Positions 41,278-56,931 of a stretch of 64,000 nucleotides of DNA are shown one piece after another. Origin of the DNA: the human T2T-CHM13v2.0 reference genome, Homo sapiens; the NCBI GenBank assembly GCA_009914755.4, contig CP068257.2, positions 2,496,001 through 2,560,000 on the forward strand, given 5' to 3'. Positions within the stretch are counted from its first letter, which is position 1. The number at the start of each line of letters is the position of its first letter. Made by a program: the position numbers and the translations under genes. Below the pieces are notes generated by a model. That model had not been told where the DNA came from, made no database searches, and saw nothing but the letters and a program-made list of their open reading frames with translations.

Positions 41278-42481
41278 TGCTGGTGAGGAGCTGTGTTCCT
41301 TTGGAGGAGGAGAGGCGCTCTGATTTTTAGAGTTTCCAGTTTCTCTGCTCTATTTTTTCCCCATCTTTGTGGTTTTATCTACCTTTGGTCTTTGATGATG
41401 GTGATGTACAGATCGGTTTTTGGTGTGGATGTCCTTTCTGTTTGTTAGTTTTCCTTCTAACATTCAGGACCCTCAGCTGCAGGTCTGTTGGAGTTTGCTG
41501 GAGGTCCACTCCAGACCCTATTTGCCTGGGTATCAGCAGCAGTGGCTTCAGAACAGCAGATATTAGTGAACCGCAAATGCTGCTGCCTGATCATTCCTCT
41601 GGAAGTTTTGTCTCAGAGGAGTACCCTGCCATGTGAGGTGTCAGTCCGCCCTTACTGGGGGGTGCCTCCCACTTAGGCTACTCGGGGTTCAGGGACCCAC
41701 TTGAGGAGACAGTCTGCCCATTCTCAGATCTCAAGCTGCATGCTGGGAGAACCACTACTCTCTTCAAAGCTGTCAGACAGGGACATTTAAGTCTGCAGAG
41801 GTTACTGCTGCCTTTTGTTTGTCTGTGCCCTGCCCCCAGAGGTGGAGCCTACAGAAGCAGGCAGGCCTCCTTGAGCTGTGGTGGGCTCCAACCAATTCGA
41901 GCTTCCCAGCTGCTGTTTTACATACTGAATCCTCGGCAATGGCGGGCATCCCTCCCACAGCCTTGCTGCTGCCTTGCAGTTTGATCTCTGACTGCTGCAC
42001 TAGCAATGAGTGAGTCTCCATGGGCATCGGACCTTCCGAGCCAAGTGCAGGATGTAATCTCCTGGTATGCCGTTTGTTAAGCCCATTGGAAAAGCGCAGT
42101 ATTAGAGTGGGAGTGACCTGATTTTCCAGGCGCTGTCTGTCACCCTTTTCTTTGACTAGGAAAGGGAATTCCCTGACCCCTTGCACTTCCTGGGTGAGGC
42201 AATGCCTCACCCTACTTTGGTTCATGCACAGTGCTCTGCACCCACTGTCCTGCACCCACTGTCCAGCACTCCCCAGTGAGATGAACCCAGTACCTCAGTT
42301 GGAAATGCAGAAATCACCCATCTTCTGCATCGCTCACTCTGGGAGCTGTAGACTGGAGCTGTACCTATACAGCCATCTTGACTAATTCCCTCATAACTGT
42401 CAAATATTGTATTAGGAAAAAAAATTAAGAGTATGTCTTCCATGCTCAGGTACCCTGTTTGAAATTAGTTAAGACCTATCT

Positions 42482-42775
42482 GCCCGGTGTGGTGGCTAAC
42501 ACCTGTAATTTCACACTTTGAAAGGTGGAGGATGGGGGATCACTTGAGCTCAGGAGTTAAAGACAAGCCTGCTCAACGTAACAAAACCTCATCTCTGCCA
42601 AAAATACAAATATTATCCAGTTGTGGTAGTGTGCAACTGTGGTCCCAGCTACTTGGGAGGCTGAGGTGGGAGAATCGCTGGAGCACAGAATATCAAAGCT
42701 GTAGTAAGCCACAGCACCCCAGCCAGAATGACAGGGAAACGGACCCTGTCTAAGAAATAAAAATAAATAAAGCGA
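42482..42775 (+). mobile_element. Alu SINE.
   Basis: It starts with gcccggtgtggtggctaacacctgtaat.. and has a dimeric structure. It ends in an A-rich tail (aaataaaaataaataaa). Confidence 0.85.
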
Positions 42776-42970
42776 CCCATTCTTTCAGACACCCTTCTTC
42801 TTCTACATAAAACACGGGGCTTTTGACTGAAATGTTTTAAGATGAACCGAAGATTCTCCCATGATCAAGAGCAGTAGATAGGGGTTGCTCACTTCCTGCT
42901 CTTTGAGTTGAAGCAAGGCAGAGGCCTGGAGACTCAAACTGATAAATATATTCATTGCCTTCTTTTCATA

Positions 42971-43368
42971 TGTTGTATTAAGCTATTATTGCGTTGCTAT
43001 TTCAAAAATCTGAGTCTGGGTAATGTGTAAGAAAAGGGTTTGATTGGCTCATGGTTATGCAGGCTGTACAGGAAGCATAGCACCAGCGTCGGCCTCTGGG
43101 AAGGCCTCGGGAAGCTTACAATTATGATGAAAGAAGAGCAGGCATCTCACATGATAGAAGCAGGAGCAAGAAAAATGAGGGAGGGATGGGCCATACTTCT
43201 AAACAACCAGATCTCATGAGTACTCACTATCACAAGGATGGCACAGAGCCATGAGGGCCACACCCCATGATTCAACCACCTCTTCCTCAGACCCCACCTG
43301 CCACATTGGGGATTAAAATTCAATATGAGAGTTAGAGGGGCATCTAAACTACATCACATGACCATCAG
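42971..43368 (-). mobile_element. MaLR LTR of the THE1/MST family, antisense.
   Basis: Antisense match to THE1/MST consensus landmarks: ..ggctca.ggtt.tgcaggctgtacaggaagcat.., ..ccccatgattcaa.cacct.., ..cattggggattaaaattcaa.atgaga.. The family call is from memory. Confidence 0.55.
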
Positions 43369-43630
43369 AAAAACAGATGAAGAATTCATGGTTTCTACTG
43401 TCCAGAAACTTTCCATCTAGTACAAACGGCTTAATGGCTGAATTCAGCATCCTGTGGTGGGACGGGAGAAGGGAGCTGCACAGGGGACTTTGGCTGCATT
43501 TGCTCCACTTCCCTTATGCTGTTCCTCTGAGTTCTGATGTCACCACCTGAAGGGCTATTCATGGACAGAAGAATTATTGTTATTGTTGTGGTTATTTCTG
43601 TTTCTTTTATTTTGGTAAAAATAAGTTTTG

Positions 43631-43926
43631 TTTTTTTTTTTTTTTTGAGACAGAGTCTCACTCTGTCGCCCAGGCTGGAGTGCAGTGGCACAATATCAAC
43701 TCACCACAAGCTCCGCCTCCCAGGCTGATGCCATTCTCCTGCCTCAGCCTCCCAAGTAGCTGAGACGACAGGCACCGACAACCACACCCAGCTAATTTTT
43801 TGTATTTTTAGTAGAGACGGGGTTTCACCATGTTAGCCAGGATAGTCTTGATTTCCTGACCTCGTGATTCGCCTGCCTTGGCCTCCCAACATACTCGGAT
43901 TACAGGCATGAGCCACTGCGTCTGGC
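43631..43926 (-). mobile_element. Alu SINE, antisense.
   Basis: A poly-T run is followed by gagacagagtctcactctgtcgcccaggctggagtgcagtgg... and ends ...ggattacaggcatgagccactgcgtctggc. Confidence 0.88.
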
Positions 43927-44219
43927 ATGAGTTTTTAGCTTCTCATATAATTATCCTAAAAAATCCTAAGAGTTTTACTTAAGTTTCTTTTTATCATGTG
44001 TTATAAAAATTGACAGGGAAGTGGCTAAACCAGATTAAAATTACACAAGCTCTAAGAGTCAAGTCTCTGTTAGGCAGGCTTAGGAAAGACAGAACTGGAA
44101 ATACTCCACCAGCATGGACATCTGAAACATGGGGTCCACTTTCTGTTCCAGCCCTGCCCAGATCCACCCTCTTCTATGGCTTCACCCAGGTCTGGCCTCA
44201 CCCTAGAATCTTTTCTCAC

Positions 44220-44319
44220 AGAACTGATTCAAGGAGATCAGAGATTTGGGCGGGGGCTCCTGCTGCCTCAGAACTGATTAAAGGAGACCAGAGATTCGGG
44301 CGGGGGCTCCTGCTGCCTC
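44220..44319. repeat. Two-copy tandem duplication of a 50-bp unit (agaactgattcaaggagatcagagatttgggcgggggctcctgctgcctc).
   Basis: Two adjacent near-identical 50-mers are visible, with 3 mismatches. Confidence 0.85.
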
Positions 44320-45088
44320 CTGAGTTGGTGCCCACAATTTCCTAAAGTGGAAAAGCAGATAAATGGAAGAAAATCATTGCATATTTGGGGACCATAATTT
44401 CTTTTCTATTGAAGCCAGTGCTTCTAGAGGCATCCTATCTAGCAACTTGTTTTCCATTCTTGCAAATCCAGTGGCTGCTACACAAGGCACAGAAAGTAAA
44501 TATAAATATAAAACATCTCTCTGAACAGTTCACCCTTTTTTCTCTATCCCTTGCATCTGTCGACATAGCTTTTATTCTGCACATTTTGTTTTTCAGGTAA
44601 ATACTTTTTAAAATGGAAGAAAAAATAGAAATGCTAGGCCTGTCATTTAAATCCTGAAAATTACAGAAAACTTAGCACCCAGCTGCCAGTGTGCTATGAG
44701 GACTAACTCACATCATGTAATATTTCCTGAACAGTGCTCTGTAACAGACTTCTGAACACATAGTACGTGCTCAATAAAGATTGTATTAACTCATGTGTAC
44801 ATGTTTTCCAAATGCAGACTTACTCAAACATTGGTGCCTTCTCTAGGCTTTCTAAACTGTAAAGAGCCAGCAGAAAATGACATGTTTGAAAAAGGTGATT
44901 GGTGGTTTCCACTTTGGGCCAAAAGTACTTGTGTTGTGGTAAGAGTGTTGGGTGTCATGAGCTCTGTGCTGTGCCTACTTTCGCTAGCTGAGTGCTACTA
45001 TATTGGATGTAGTGGAAGAAACATCAGCATTAAGAGGAGACTTTTTAAAGAAGCCAATTCACGGACCCCTTCCAAACCTTCAGAATCA

Positions 45089-45440
<352 letters not shown>

Positions 45441-45829
45441 AGGAAGAAAGAAGAAACTTAGAAACTTGAGAGGCAATGCTTAGCTAAGTGGCTCTCGGCC
45501 CATGCTTCCAGCCATAATCATATGGCCAGCTTAAAGAAATACCATCACCTGTGCCCTCCCCAGAGACTCTGTCTATTGGTCTTGGTGGGATCCTCTATGT
45601 GGTTGTAATTGGAAAGTCAAATTTTCCCTCTTTGATGATTACATAATAATCATATATACAAAAGATGTAAAGACCACCAAAAAAACTCTTAGATTTGATA
45701 AATAAATTTAATAATGTTTCAGAATGCAAAAATCAACTTACAGAAATTAGTAGCATTTTTATACACTAATGATGATCAAGCTGAGAACCGAATTAAAATG
45801 TCACTTCCTTTTACAATAGCTACATAAAA

Positions 45830-47972
<2,143 letters not shown>

Positions 47973-48359
47973 TTAGATTAGGCAAAAAAATTTTTAATAA
48001 AAATAAATAAAAAATATTCTATTTTAAGAATGGTATAGAAAGACAATTTGACGCATTAGAGTAGTTGGTACTTAGCACATACAATATGTTAGGCAAGGTT
48101 CTAAGCCCCTTAGACATTTATGGACAGAATATGTAACAGTACAATAAATAACACAAAGGTTCATCGGCAATGACAAATTGACATATTTTCAATCATATTA
48201 GATGATAGCTAAACCATTAACAAATTTACTGTTTTGTTTCATAATAAAAAACAAGGTTAAAAAGTTTGACTAATTAGGCATATGGATAAATGGGCAGCAT
48301 TTTGACCAGTAGACAGAGGATACACATTTTCAAAGACCAGACAAAATTATTTATTTATT

Positions 48360-48964
48360 TTTGGGGAGAGAGAACAGTTTTATTAACTGAGGATACAGTG
48401 GAGTCTTCTCCCTGGGAGGTGAGATCTTCCACTGGTTACCCCCGCCAGGGCTTCAGTGGGCGCCATGCGATTCAGCGCTGGACTCCGCTGGGGGCCGGGC
48501 CTTGGAGAAGGCGAACTGTGCAGGGAAGCAGCAGCTCTGGGGTCCTTACCGCCCGCTCCGCCCAGCTGCACCGGGTCTCCTGGTGCTCCTCAGGCTCCTG
48601 CCGAGTCTGCGTCTCTGGAGGGCAGCGAACCATCCTGCCCAGAACCTTATCCTGACAGCCCAGTTTGATGCAGGTCAGCCATTTCTGCTTCCTCCCCTCG
48701 GGCTGGACTTGGCACTTGGGTTTCTTCCAATCCTTTCTCCGGCCACTTCTCTGTCTGCCGGAGCTTAAATTTCAGCCTCACACATGTTCCAGCTGGGAAG
48801 GGCGTGTCCAGGGCGCCATCCACACTGGTTTTCTGGAAATCCTGCTGCACTGGCTGGTGCTTGTAGATTCCTCCAGGACCACCTGCAGGCCCCGGCGCTG
48901 GGCCCCTGAGCTCGGACCCGCCCCCCCCACTCCCGCGCCCACCCACGGGGCCAGCGAGATCCAC
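48360..48964 (-). other. Candidate terminal exon and 3'UTR of a minus-strand transcript. The 105-aa ORF ends ..EAEMADLHQTGLSG* at 48,647 and an AATAAA signal lies at 48,383-48,388 on the minus strand.
   Basis: The reverse complement of gttttattaactg is cagttaataaaac. The minus-strand ORF 48,647-48,964 terminates about 260 nt upstream of that signal. The product is not recognised. Confidence 0.25.
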
Positions 48965-49440
48965 AGCCCTCTCAGTCTTCCCCTTTCACCCCCGCCCTGC
49001 GAAGTGGGTGTGCACCCCTTAGTTCTCCGAGCCCGCCGGGAGCCACCTCCTCCCCTGCCCCTGGGGGTTCCATGCCCGCAGAACGCTGGGCAGAGGCGAA
49101 TGAACCGGGAAATGTCCCTTTCTCCACACTGACCTTGGAGTCTGTTGGGTCCTCTCCACTCCCTCCCACCCTGCCCACGCTGTTCCCTGGGGCCCTCAGT
49201 TTCAGCAAAATTCCCTGCCGCGCCGGGAAGCTGTCCTGTTTCCCCCTCTCACCCTTCTTCCTTTTCTGGCCCACTCTCTCTCCCCACTGGGTCTCCGACA
49301 CGACCCTCTCTCCTCCTGGCTGTCCTGGAGCCCCTCTTTGCTTCCCCAGCTCTGTCCCCTCTCTGACCGCTTCTCCCTCCCACCCCCGACCGAATCTCCT
49401 GGCTCCCACGGGGGGACCCAAATCCCCAGGACCCAGGTCA
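48400..49440. promoter_or_regulatory. CpG-rich, GC-rich island of about 1 kb. Its function is unknown.
   Basis: There is a visibly high density of CG dinucleotides and G+C, e.g. cccccgccagggcttcagtgggcgccatgcgattcagcgctggactccgctgggggccgggcc. It is flanked by AT-rich repeats. Overlapping ORFs on both strands are of the low-complexity Pro/Gly/Arg type. Confidence 0.6.
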
Positions 49441-49849
49441 ACCACACATAATTATTTTGAATGGGAAGACTTGAATTCATGAAAGAAGGAATCCATCTGG
49501 TTATACTTTAAATAATTTTGAAATGATAATAGCAACTATCAATTTAAAGTTTAACCAGAGTTCAGAATACCCACCATTTTACCACAAAGAAAAAAAAAAC
49601 CTGTTATAACTAACCAATTCAGTAAATTTTCAGGATACAATATTAACATATGAACATCAGGTGCATGTTTTTACAGTAACAATAAAATATCTGAAAAAGG
49701 AATAAAGATAATTCCATTTACGATATTATCAAATAGAATGGAACACTTAGGAACAAAGTGTTGGAATGGAACACTTAGAAAAAAGAATATGAAAAATCAG
49801 CATACTGAAAACTATAAAATGTTGAGGAAAGAAAATGAAGAATACAAAA

Positions 49850-51500
49850 TGGGAAATATATCCTGTATGCATGGATTCTAAAAATATTGTTAAAATATCC
49901 ATAGTACACAAAGTGATCTACAGGGTTAAATAAATTTCTATCAAAATTTTAATGCCATTTTATTAAAAATGCAGAACAACTATTTTAAAATTAGTATGGA
50001 ATCACAAAAGACCTCAAATAGCCAAATACTGAGAAGAACAAAAAGGCTGGAAGCCTCCCACTTCCTGATTTCAAACTGTATTACAAAACTATAGCCATCA
50101 AAATAGTATAGTACCTACATAAAAACCAATATAACAGAATAGGGGACCCAGAAATAAACTCACAAATATACAGTCAACCTATCCCACAGAATAGAGAAAG
50201 GATAAACACATCAAGGAGTGGTGTAGGAAAAACTAGATATGCAGAGACAAAAAGTACACCTTTCTCTCATACCATCACAAAATGAATTTGAAATGAAATA
50301 AAGACTTAAACATAAGAACTGAAATCATGAATCCTCTAAAAAAATGGGGAAAAACCTCCTTGACACTGGTCATGGCAATGATGCTTTGGATTTGGCAGCA
50401 GGAGCGCAGTCAACAAATGCAAAAATGAACAAGTGGAACTATGTCAAAGTAAAAAGTTTCTGCCCAATAAAGGAAACAATCAGCAAAATATAAAGGCATT
50501 ATATGAAATGGGAGAAAACATTTCTAAACCATAGGTGGGATAATATGTTGCTATCCAAAACGTATATCATACTATTCAATACAAAAGAAGAACCCACAGC
50601 AGAATTAAAAGCAATTTCTTGATTAATAATTGGGTAAAATATATAAATAGCAATTTTTCCAAAGATATACAAATGGCCAATAGATATATAAAAAATGTTC
50701 AACATCACTAATTATCAGAGTAATTAAAATCAAAATCACAATGAGGTATCACCTTATCGTGGTGTTTGGATACCTATTATCAAAAAGTCAAAGGATAAAA
50801 TCATTAGGGTGCAGAGAAAAGAGAACACTTGCACACTGTTGCTGAGGATGTCAAATGGTGCAGCTATTATGAAAAACAGCATGGAGGTTCCTTATAATTT
50901 TTAAACTAGAACTACCATTAATCCCAATTCGGAGTATATAGCCAAAGGAAATAAAGTCAGTATCGTCAAGGGTATCTGCACTCCTCTGATACAGATAAAT
51001 AAATAAACTGAGAGGTATATAATTTCAGCTTTAATAAAAAATGAAACTTTCATTTACAAAAAATACTGATAAATTTTGAACATATTATGCTAAGAGAAAG
51101 CTTAAGCTGAATACAGAAGGACAATTACTGCATGATCTCGTTTGTATGTAAAATCTAGAAAAGCAAATAAAAATTAAAAAGTCATGGAAAGAGAGTAGAA
51201 CGGTGGTCCCCATGGGCTAGTAAGAGGGAAAGTGGGGAGATATCCATGGAAGGGGTTCACTTTCAGTTATAAGGTGAGTAACTGCTGGGGACCTAATGTA
51301 CACAATGGTGACTATAGTTAACAATACTGTGTACTTGAAATTTGTTGCAAAAGTAGATCTCAGGTTCTCTCAACACACACACAGAAATGTATTAACTATG
51401 TGAGGGGACACATATGGTAACTAGCTTAATTGAGATAATTTAAAGATGTATACACATCTCAAAACCCTCTTGTACACCCTAAAAATATACACTTTTCAAT
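49850..51500 (+). mobile_element. Old L1 (L1M/L1PB-like) 3' portion.
   Basis: ORF2 C-terminal-like sequence (..atcacaatgaggtatcaccttat..aaagagaacacttgcacactgttg..) is followed by a canonical old-L1 3'UTR (ggtgactatagttaacaatactgtgtacttgaaatttg...aaatatacacttttcaatttgtcaaac). Confidence 0.7.
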
Positions 51501-51594
51501 TTGTCAAACATAGCTCAATGAATGGAGAAAAAAATAGGAGAAAAAATATAAGAGTGACCAGCAGGTCATATCTAGCCACTTGGAAACTCGATTT

Positions 51595-51608
51595 AAAACA
51601 CTCTTGGC
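51595..51608. repeat. Target-site duplication, left copy (aaaacactcttggc), of the twin-primed L1 insertion.
   Basis: An identical 14-mer occurs again at 55,022-55,035 immediately after the L1 poly-A. Confidence 0.75.
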
Positions 51609-53812
<2,204 letters not shown>

Positions 53813-55021
53813 GTGGTCAATACAAAAATTAATTCAAGATGGTTTAAAGACTTAAACCTTTCACCTAAAACCATAAAAACCCTAGAAGAAAACCTAGGCA
53901 ATATCATCCAGGACATAGGCATGGGCAAAGACTTCATGTCTAAAACACCAAAAGCAATGGCAACAAAAGCCAAAATTGACAAAAGGGATCCAATTAAACT
54001 AAAGAGCTTCTGCACAGCAAAAGAAGCTACCATCAGGGTGAACAGGCAACCTACAAAATGGGAGAAAATTTTCACAACCTACTCATCTGACAAAGGGCTA
54101 ATATCCAGAATCTACAATGAACTCAAACAAATTTACAAGAAAAAAAACAACCCCATCAAAAGTGGGTGAAGGATATGAACAGACACTTCTCAAAAGAAGA
54201 CATTTATGCAGCCAAAAAGCCCATGAAAAAATGCTCATCATCACTGGCCATCAGAGAAATGCAAATCAAAACCACAATGAGATACCATCTCACACCAGTT
54301 ACAATGGTGATCATTAAAAAGTCAGGAAACAACAGGTGCTGGAGAGGATGTGGAGAAATAGGAACACTTTTACACTGTTGGTGGGACTGTGAATTAGTTC
54401 AAACATTGTGGAAGTCAGTGTGGCGATTCCTCAGGGATCTAGAACTAGAAATACCATTTGACCCAGCCATCCCATTACTGGGTATATACCTAAAGGATAA
54501 TAAATCATGCTGCTATAAAGACACATGCACACGTATGTTTATTGTGGCACTATTCACAATAGCAATGACTTGGAACCAACCCAAATATCCAACAACGATA
54601 GACTGGATTAAGAAAATGTGGCACATAAGCACCGGGGTACACTATGCAGCCATAAAAAAGGTTGGGTTCATTTCCTTTGTAGGGACACAGATGAAACTGG
54701 AAACCATCATTCTCAGCAAAGTATTGCAAGGACAAAAAACCAAACACTGCATTTTCTCACGCATAGGTGGGAAATAAACAATGAGAACACATGGACACAG
54801 GAAGGGGGACATCACACTCCGGGGACTGTTGTGGGGTGGGGAGAGGAGGGAGGAATAGCATTAGGAGATATACCTCATGCTAAATGGCGAGTTAATGGGT
54901 GCAGCACACCAACATGGCACATGTATATATATATGTAACAAACCTGCACATTGTTCACATGTACCCTAAAACTTAAGGTATAATAATAATAAAATTTAAA
55001 AAAAAAAGAATTCCGGAAAAA
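53813..55021 (+). mobile_element. 3' segment of the same L1 insertion: ORF2 C-terminus, 3'UTR and an interrupted poly-A, in sense orientation.
   Basis: + ORFs translate to ..[39 protein letters not shown].. and ..[39 protein letters not shown]... The 3'UTR ends aaaatttaaaaaaaaaagaattccggaaaaaaaaa. The junction with the inverted segment is sharp at 53,812/53,813. Confidence 0.85.
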
Positions 55022-55035
55022 AAAACACTCTTGGC
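55022..55035. repeat. Target-site duplication, right copy (aaaacactcttggc).
   Basis: It matches 51,595-51,608 exactly. Confidence 0.75.
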
Positions 55036-55039
55036 CACT

Positions 55040-55620
55040 GTTTCCAGCTCAACTCGAGAACAGCCAGAGCGCTTCTGGCCCCTGAACTTCGACGCTCCTC
55101 CCCCGGCCCCAATGGCTGGCGAAGGTACAATCCTTCCCGGGATTCCAGGCCGCGAAGATAGGGCAGGGCCATCGCAGTCCCCTTGCTCTTTGCCGCAGCC
55201 CCGTTAGGCTTCGCGTTTCGTGGTGTCCAGGCCGCGGAGGCTGCCTGTGGCTGCCCGTGCGTCCCCGTGGCCTGTGGCTCCTCAATTCTGCGCTTCGGCC
55301 CCGCGCAGCCCCTTCGAGGCTGCAGCCGTCTTGCGCCCGAACTCAGGGCCCCGGGCCCGTTCCCCCCGCCAGCGCCTTCGCTTTTGCCGCCCCTCCCTCT
55401 CCCCGAACCCCAGCGGGCCCCCAGAGAAGGAGGGCGGAGAAGCTGGAAAGCGACTGCGGAGCTGCCGGCGGCAGGTGCGGGAAGGGGAGAAGCTGGCCTT
55501 GCACAGAAAGGCTGCTCAGAGCGACACGGACAACGGCCAGGAGCTCCTCACGCAGCTGGAAGAACTCAGTAACGTGCTCCACTGTGGGGGGAATGGAGAT
55601 AATGAAAGTGTGATGTAGAA
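55040..55620 (+). promoter_or_regulatory. CpG island, a candidate promoter / 5' exon region.
   Basis: Very high CG density is visible (gcgcttcggccccgcgcagccccttcgaggctgcagccgtcttgcgcccgaactcagggccccgggcccg...), with no obvious CpG decay. An mRNA-like sequence lies immediately downstream. A possible GT donor lies at about 55,567 (gaagaactca|gtaacgtg). Confidence 0.5.
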
Positions 55621-56931
55621 GTACTCACAGAGAACCATGATCCTTGGTCAATCTCAGATTATTATTGTCAGACCTACTCTAATGATGTTAGTCTTCCAAG
55701 TAAAGTGAGTGACTGAACTGTCAGATCAGCAAGATCAGGATATTGAAACTCCTGCTTTGAATTCTTAAGACCAATTACAAATGGAAAATGATGCTCACCC
55801 TTCTACTGATAAAACAGCAAATGTTGAATGTAGACAAGAGGGTCATTTGCCTCAAATTCACAGGAGCCAGCATCTGCATTAGCAGCACAAGATATATCCT
55901 TAGAAGGTCCGTCATTAGCTGGAAGTTTGAGAGCTACAGCAGAAGCGGCTTTATCACAGACTGGATTTAGTTATGATGAAAATGCTGGACTGTATTTTGA
56001 CCACAGCACTGGTTCCTATTAAGATTCTGAGAATCAAATCTCAGATTATTATCAGACTTACTCTAATGATGTTAGTCTTCCAAATAAAGTGAGTGACTGA
56101 ACTTTCAGATCAGCAAGTTCATGATATCGAAACTCCTTATCTTATCATATTCACCCTGACGTGATAGCTGTGTTGGATGTGAACCAGGGTAGGTTAGAGC
56201 TCACCTTTTCCTTGATAAGAAAGATGAATCATTTGTTGGTCCAACATTAACTAAGAAGGAAACGAGTTGGAAAGAAGAAAAGGATTTTTAAAATATATGA
56301 GTAAAATATGGTTTACAGAATACAGACTATGAAGATGATAAGATACTAGAGAATGTAAACTATAACGACAGAGCTGGAAAACATAGGGAGCAGATTGGAA
56401 GCGAAGGAAATTTCCAAAGAGATGATGCTCCTGCATCTGTTCATTCTGAAATTACTGATAGCGACAAAAGTCAGAAGATGTTGAAAAAGATGTGTTGAAA
56501 ACAGGAGAAGGCCTGGGGAATGATGGTGGGAGAATAAAAACTCTGATACAGCTTCAGCTTCGGCAGACACATGCAGGATTGGAGACAGGCAAACCATCCT
56601 CAATTAAAGAGGCTCACCTTCTCCAAAACAACAAGAACAGAAACTAGGACAAAGCACAGGAGAGGTTTGCTGAAAACTTTCCAGAAACTAAACTTCCAAA
56701 AGATGACCTAGGAACCATTCCTTGGGTAAAAGAGACTGAGGAGTGAAGGTTAATCACAGAAGAAAACTCAAGCTTTTTTAAAAATAGAGTTTGGAAACTC
56801 TTATTTTATTGCAGAACGTTTCTCCTCAAAAAATTCAGTGGCACAAGAAAACTATGTCACAATTTACCCCTTCCTGATTCAGAAATGTGTAATAAAGTGT
56901 GGTTGGCAGCTTTTAAAAAAACACTTTTTAA
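55620..56931 (+). pseudogene. mRNA-like segment with an interrupted reading frame and an internal 100-bp exon-end duplication. The transcript is unidentified or a decayed retrocopy. AATAAA lies at 56,891 and an A-run at about 56,924.
   Basis: A frame with no start codon, 55,841-56,030, encodes ..EPASALAAQDISLEGPSLAGSLRATAEAALSQTGFSYDENAGLYFDHSTGSY*, followed by ..ISDYYQTYSNDVSLPNK|GTGAGT. The duplicated segment, 55,650-55,752 and 56,049-56,148, also ends in ..AAG|GTGAGT. An AATAAA signal is followed by an A-rich run. Confidence 0.3.

Larger units (their letters stand above)
38132..42388 (-). mobile_element. LINE-1 (L1PA-type, primate-specific). The 5' end is intact and the 3' end is truncated inside ORF2. 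About 4.26 kb of an expected 6 kb.
   Basis: Antisense L1 5'UTR start (ggagctgt.cctat.c.gccatcttg) at 42,340-42,380. An ORF1 fragment, the ORF2 EN domain and the RT domain up to FADDMIVY are present on the minus strand. L1 sequence stops abruptly at the satellite junction. Confidence 0.88.

Noticed and set aside
42090-42388. Apparent plus-strand L1 5'UTR-like sequence that might indicate a second, oppositely oriented L1.
   Set aside because: On inspection it is the reverse complement of the canonical L1 5' start (..ccatcttggctcctcccc). It is simply the 5' end of the same minus-strand L1 that begins at 38,132.
48290-49482. Nine mutually overlapping ORFs (60-157 aa) on both strands in the GC-rich block.
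   Set aside because: Overlapping low-complexity Pro/Gly/Arg/Ala-rich ORFs in every frame are the expected artefact of GC-rich, stop-poor sequence. Only the minus-strand ORF ending 260 nt before an AATAAA is kept, as a low-confidence candidate.
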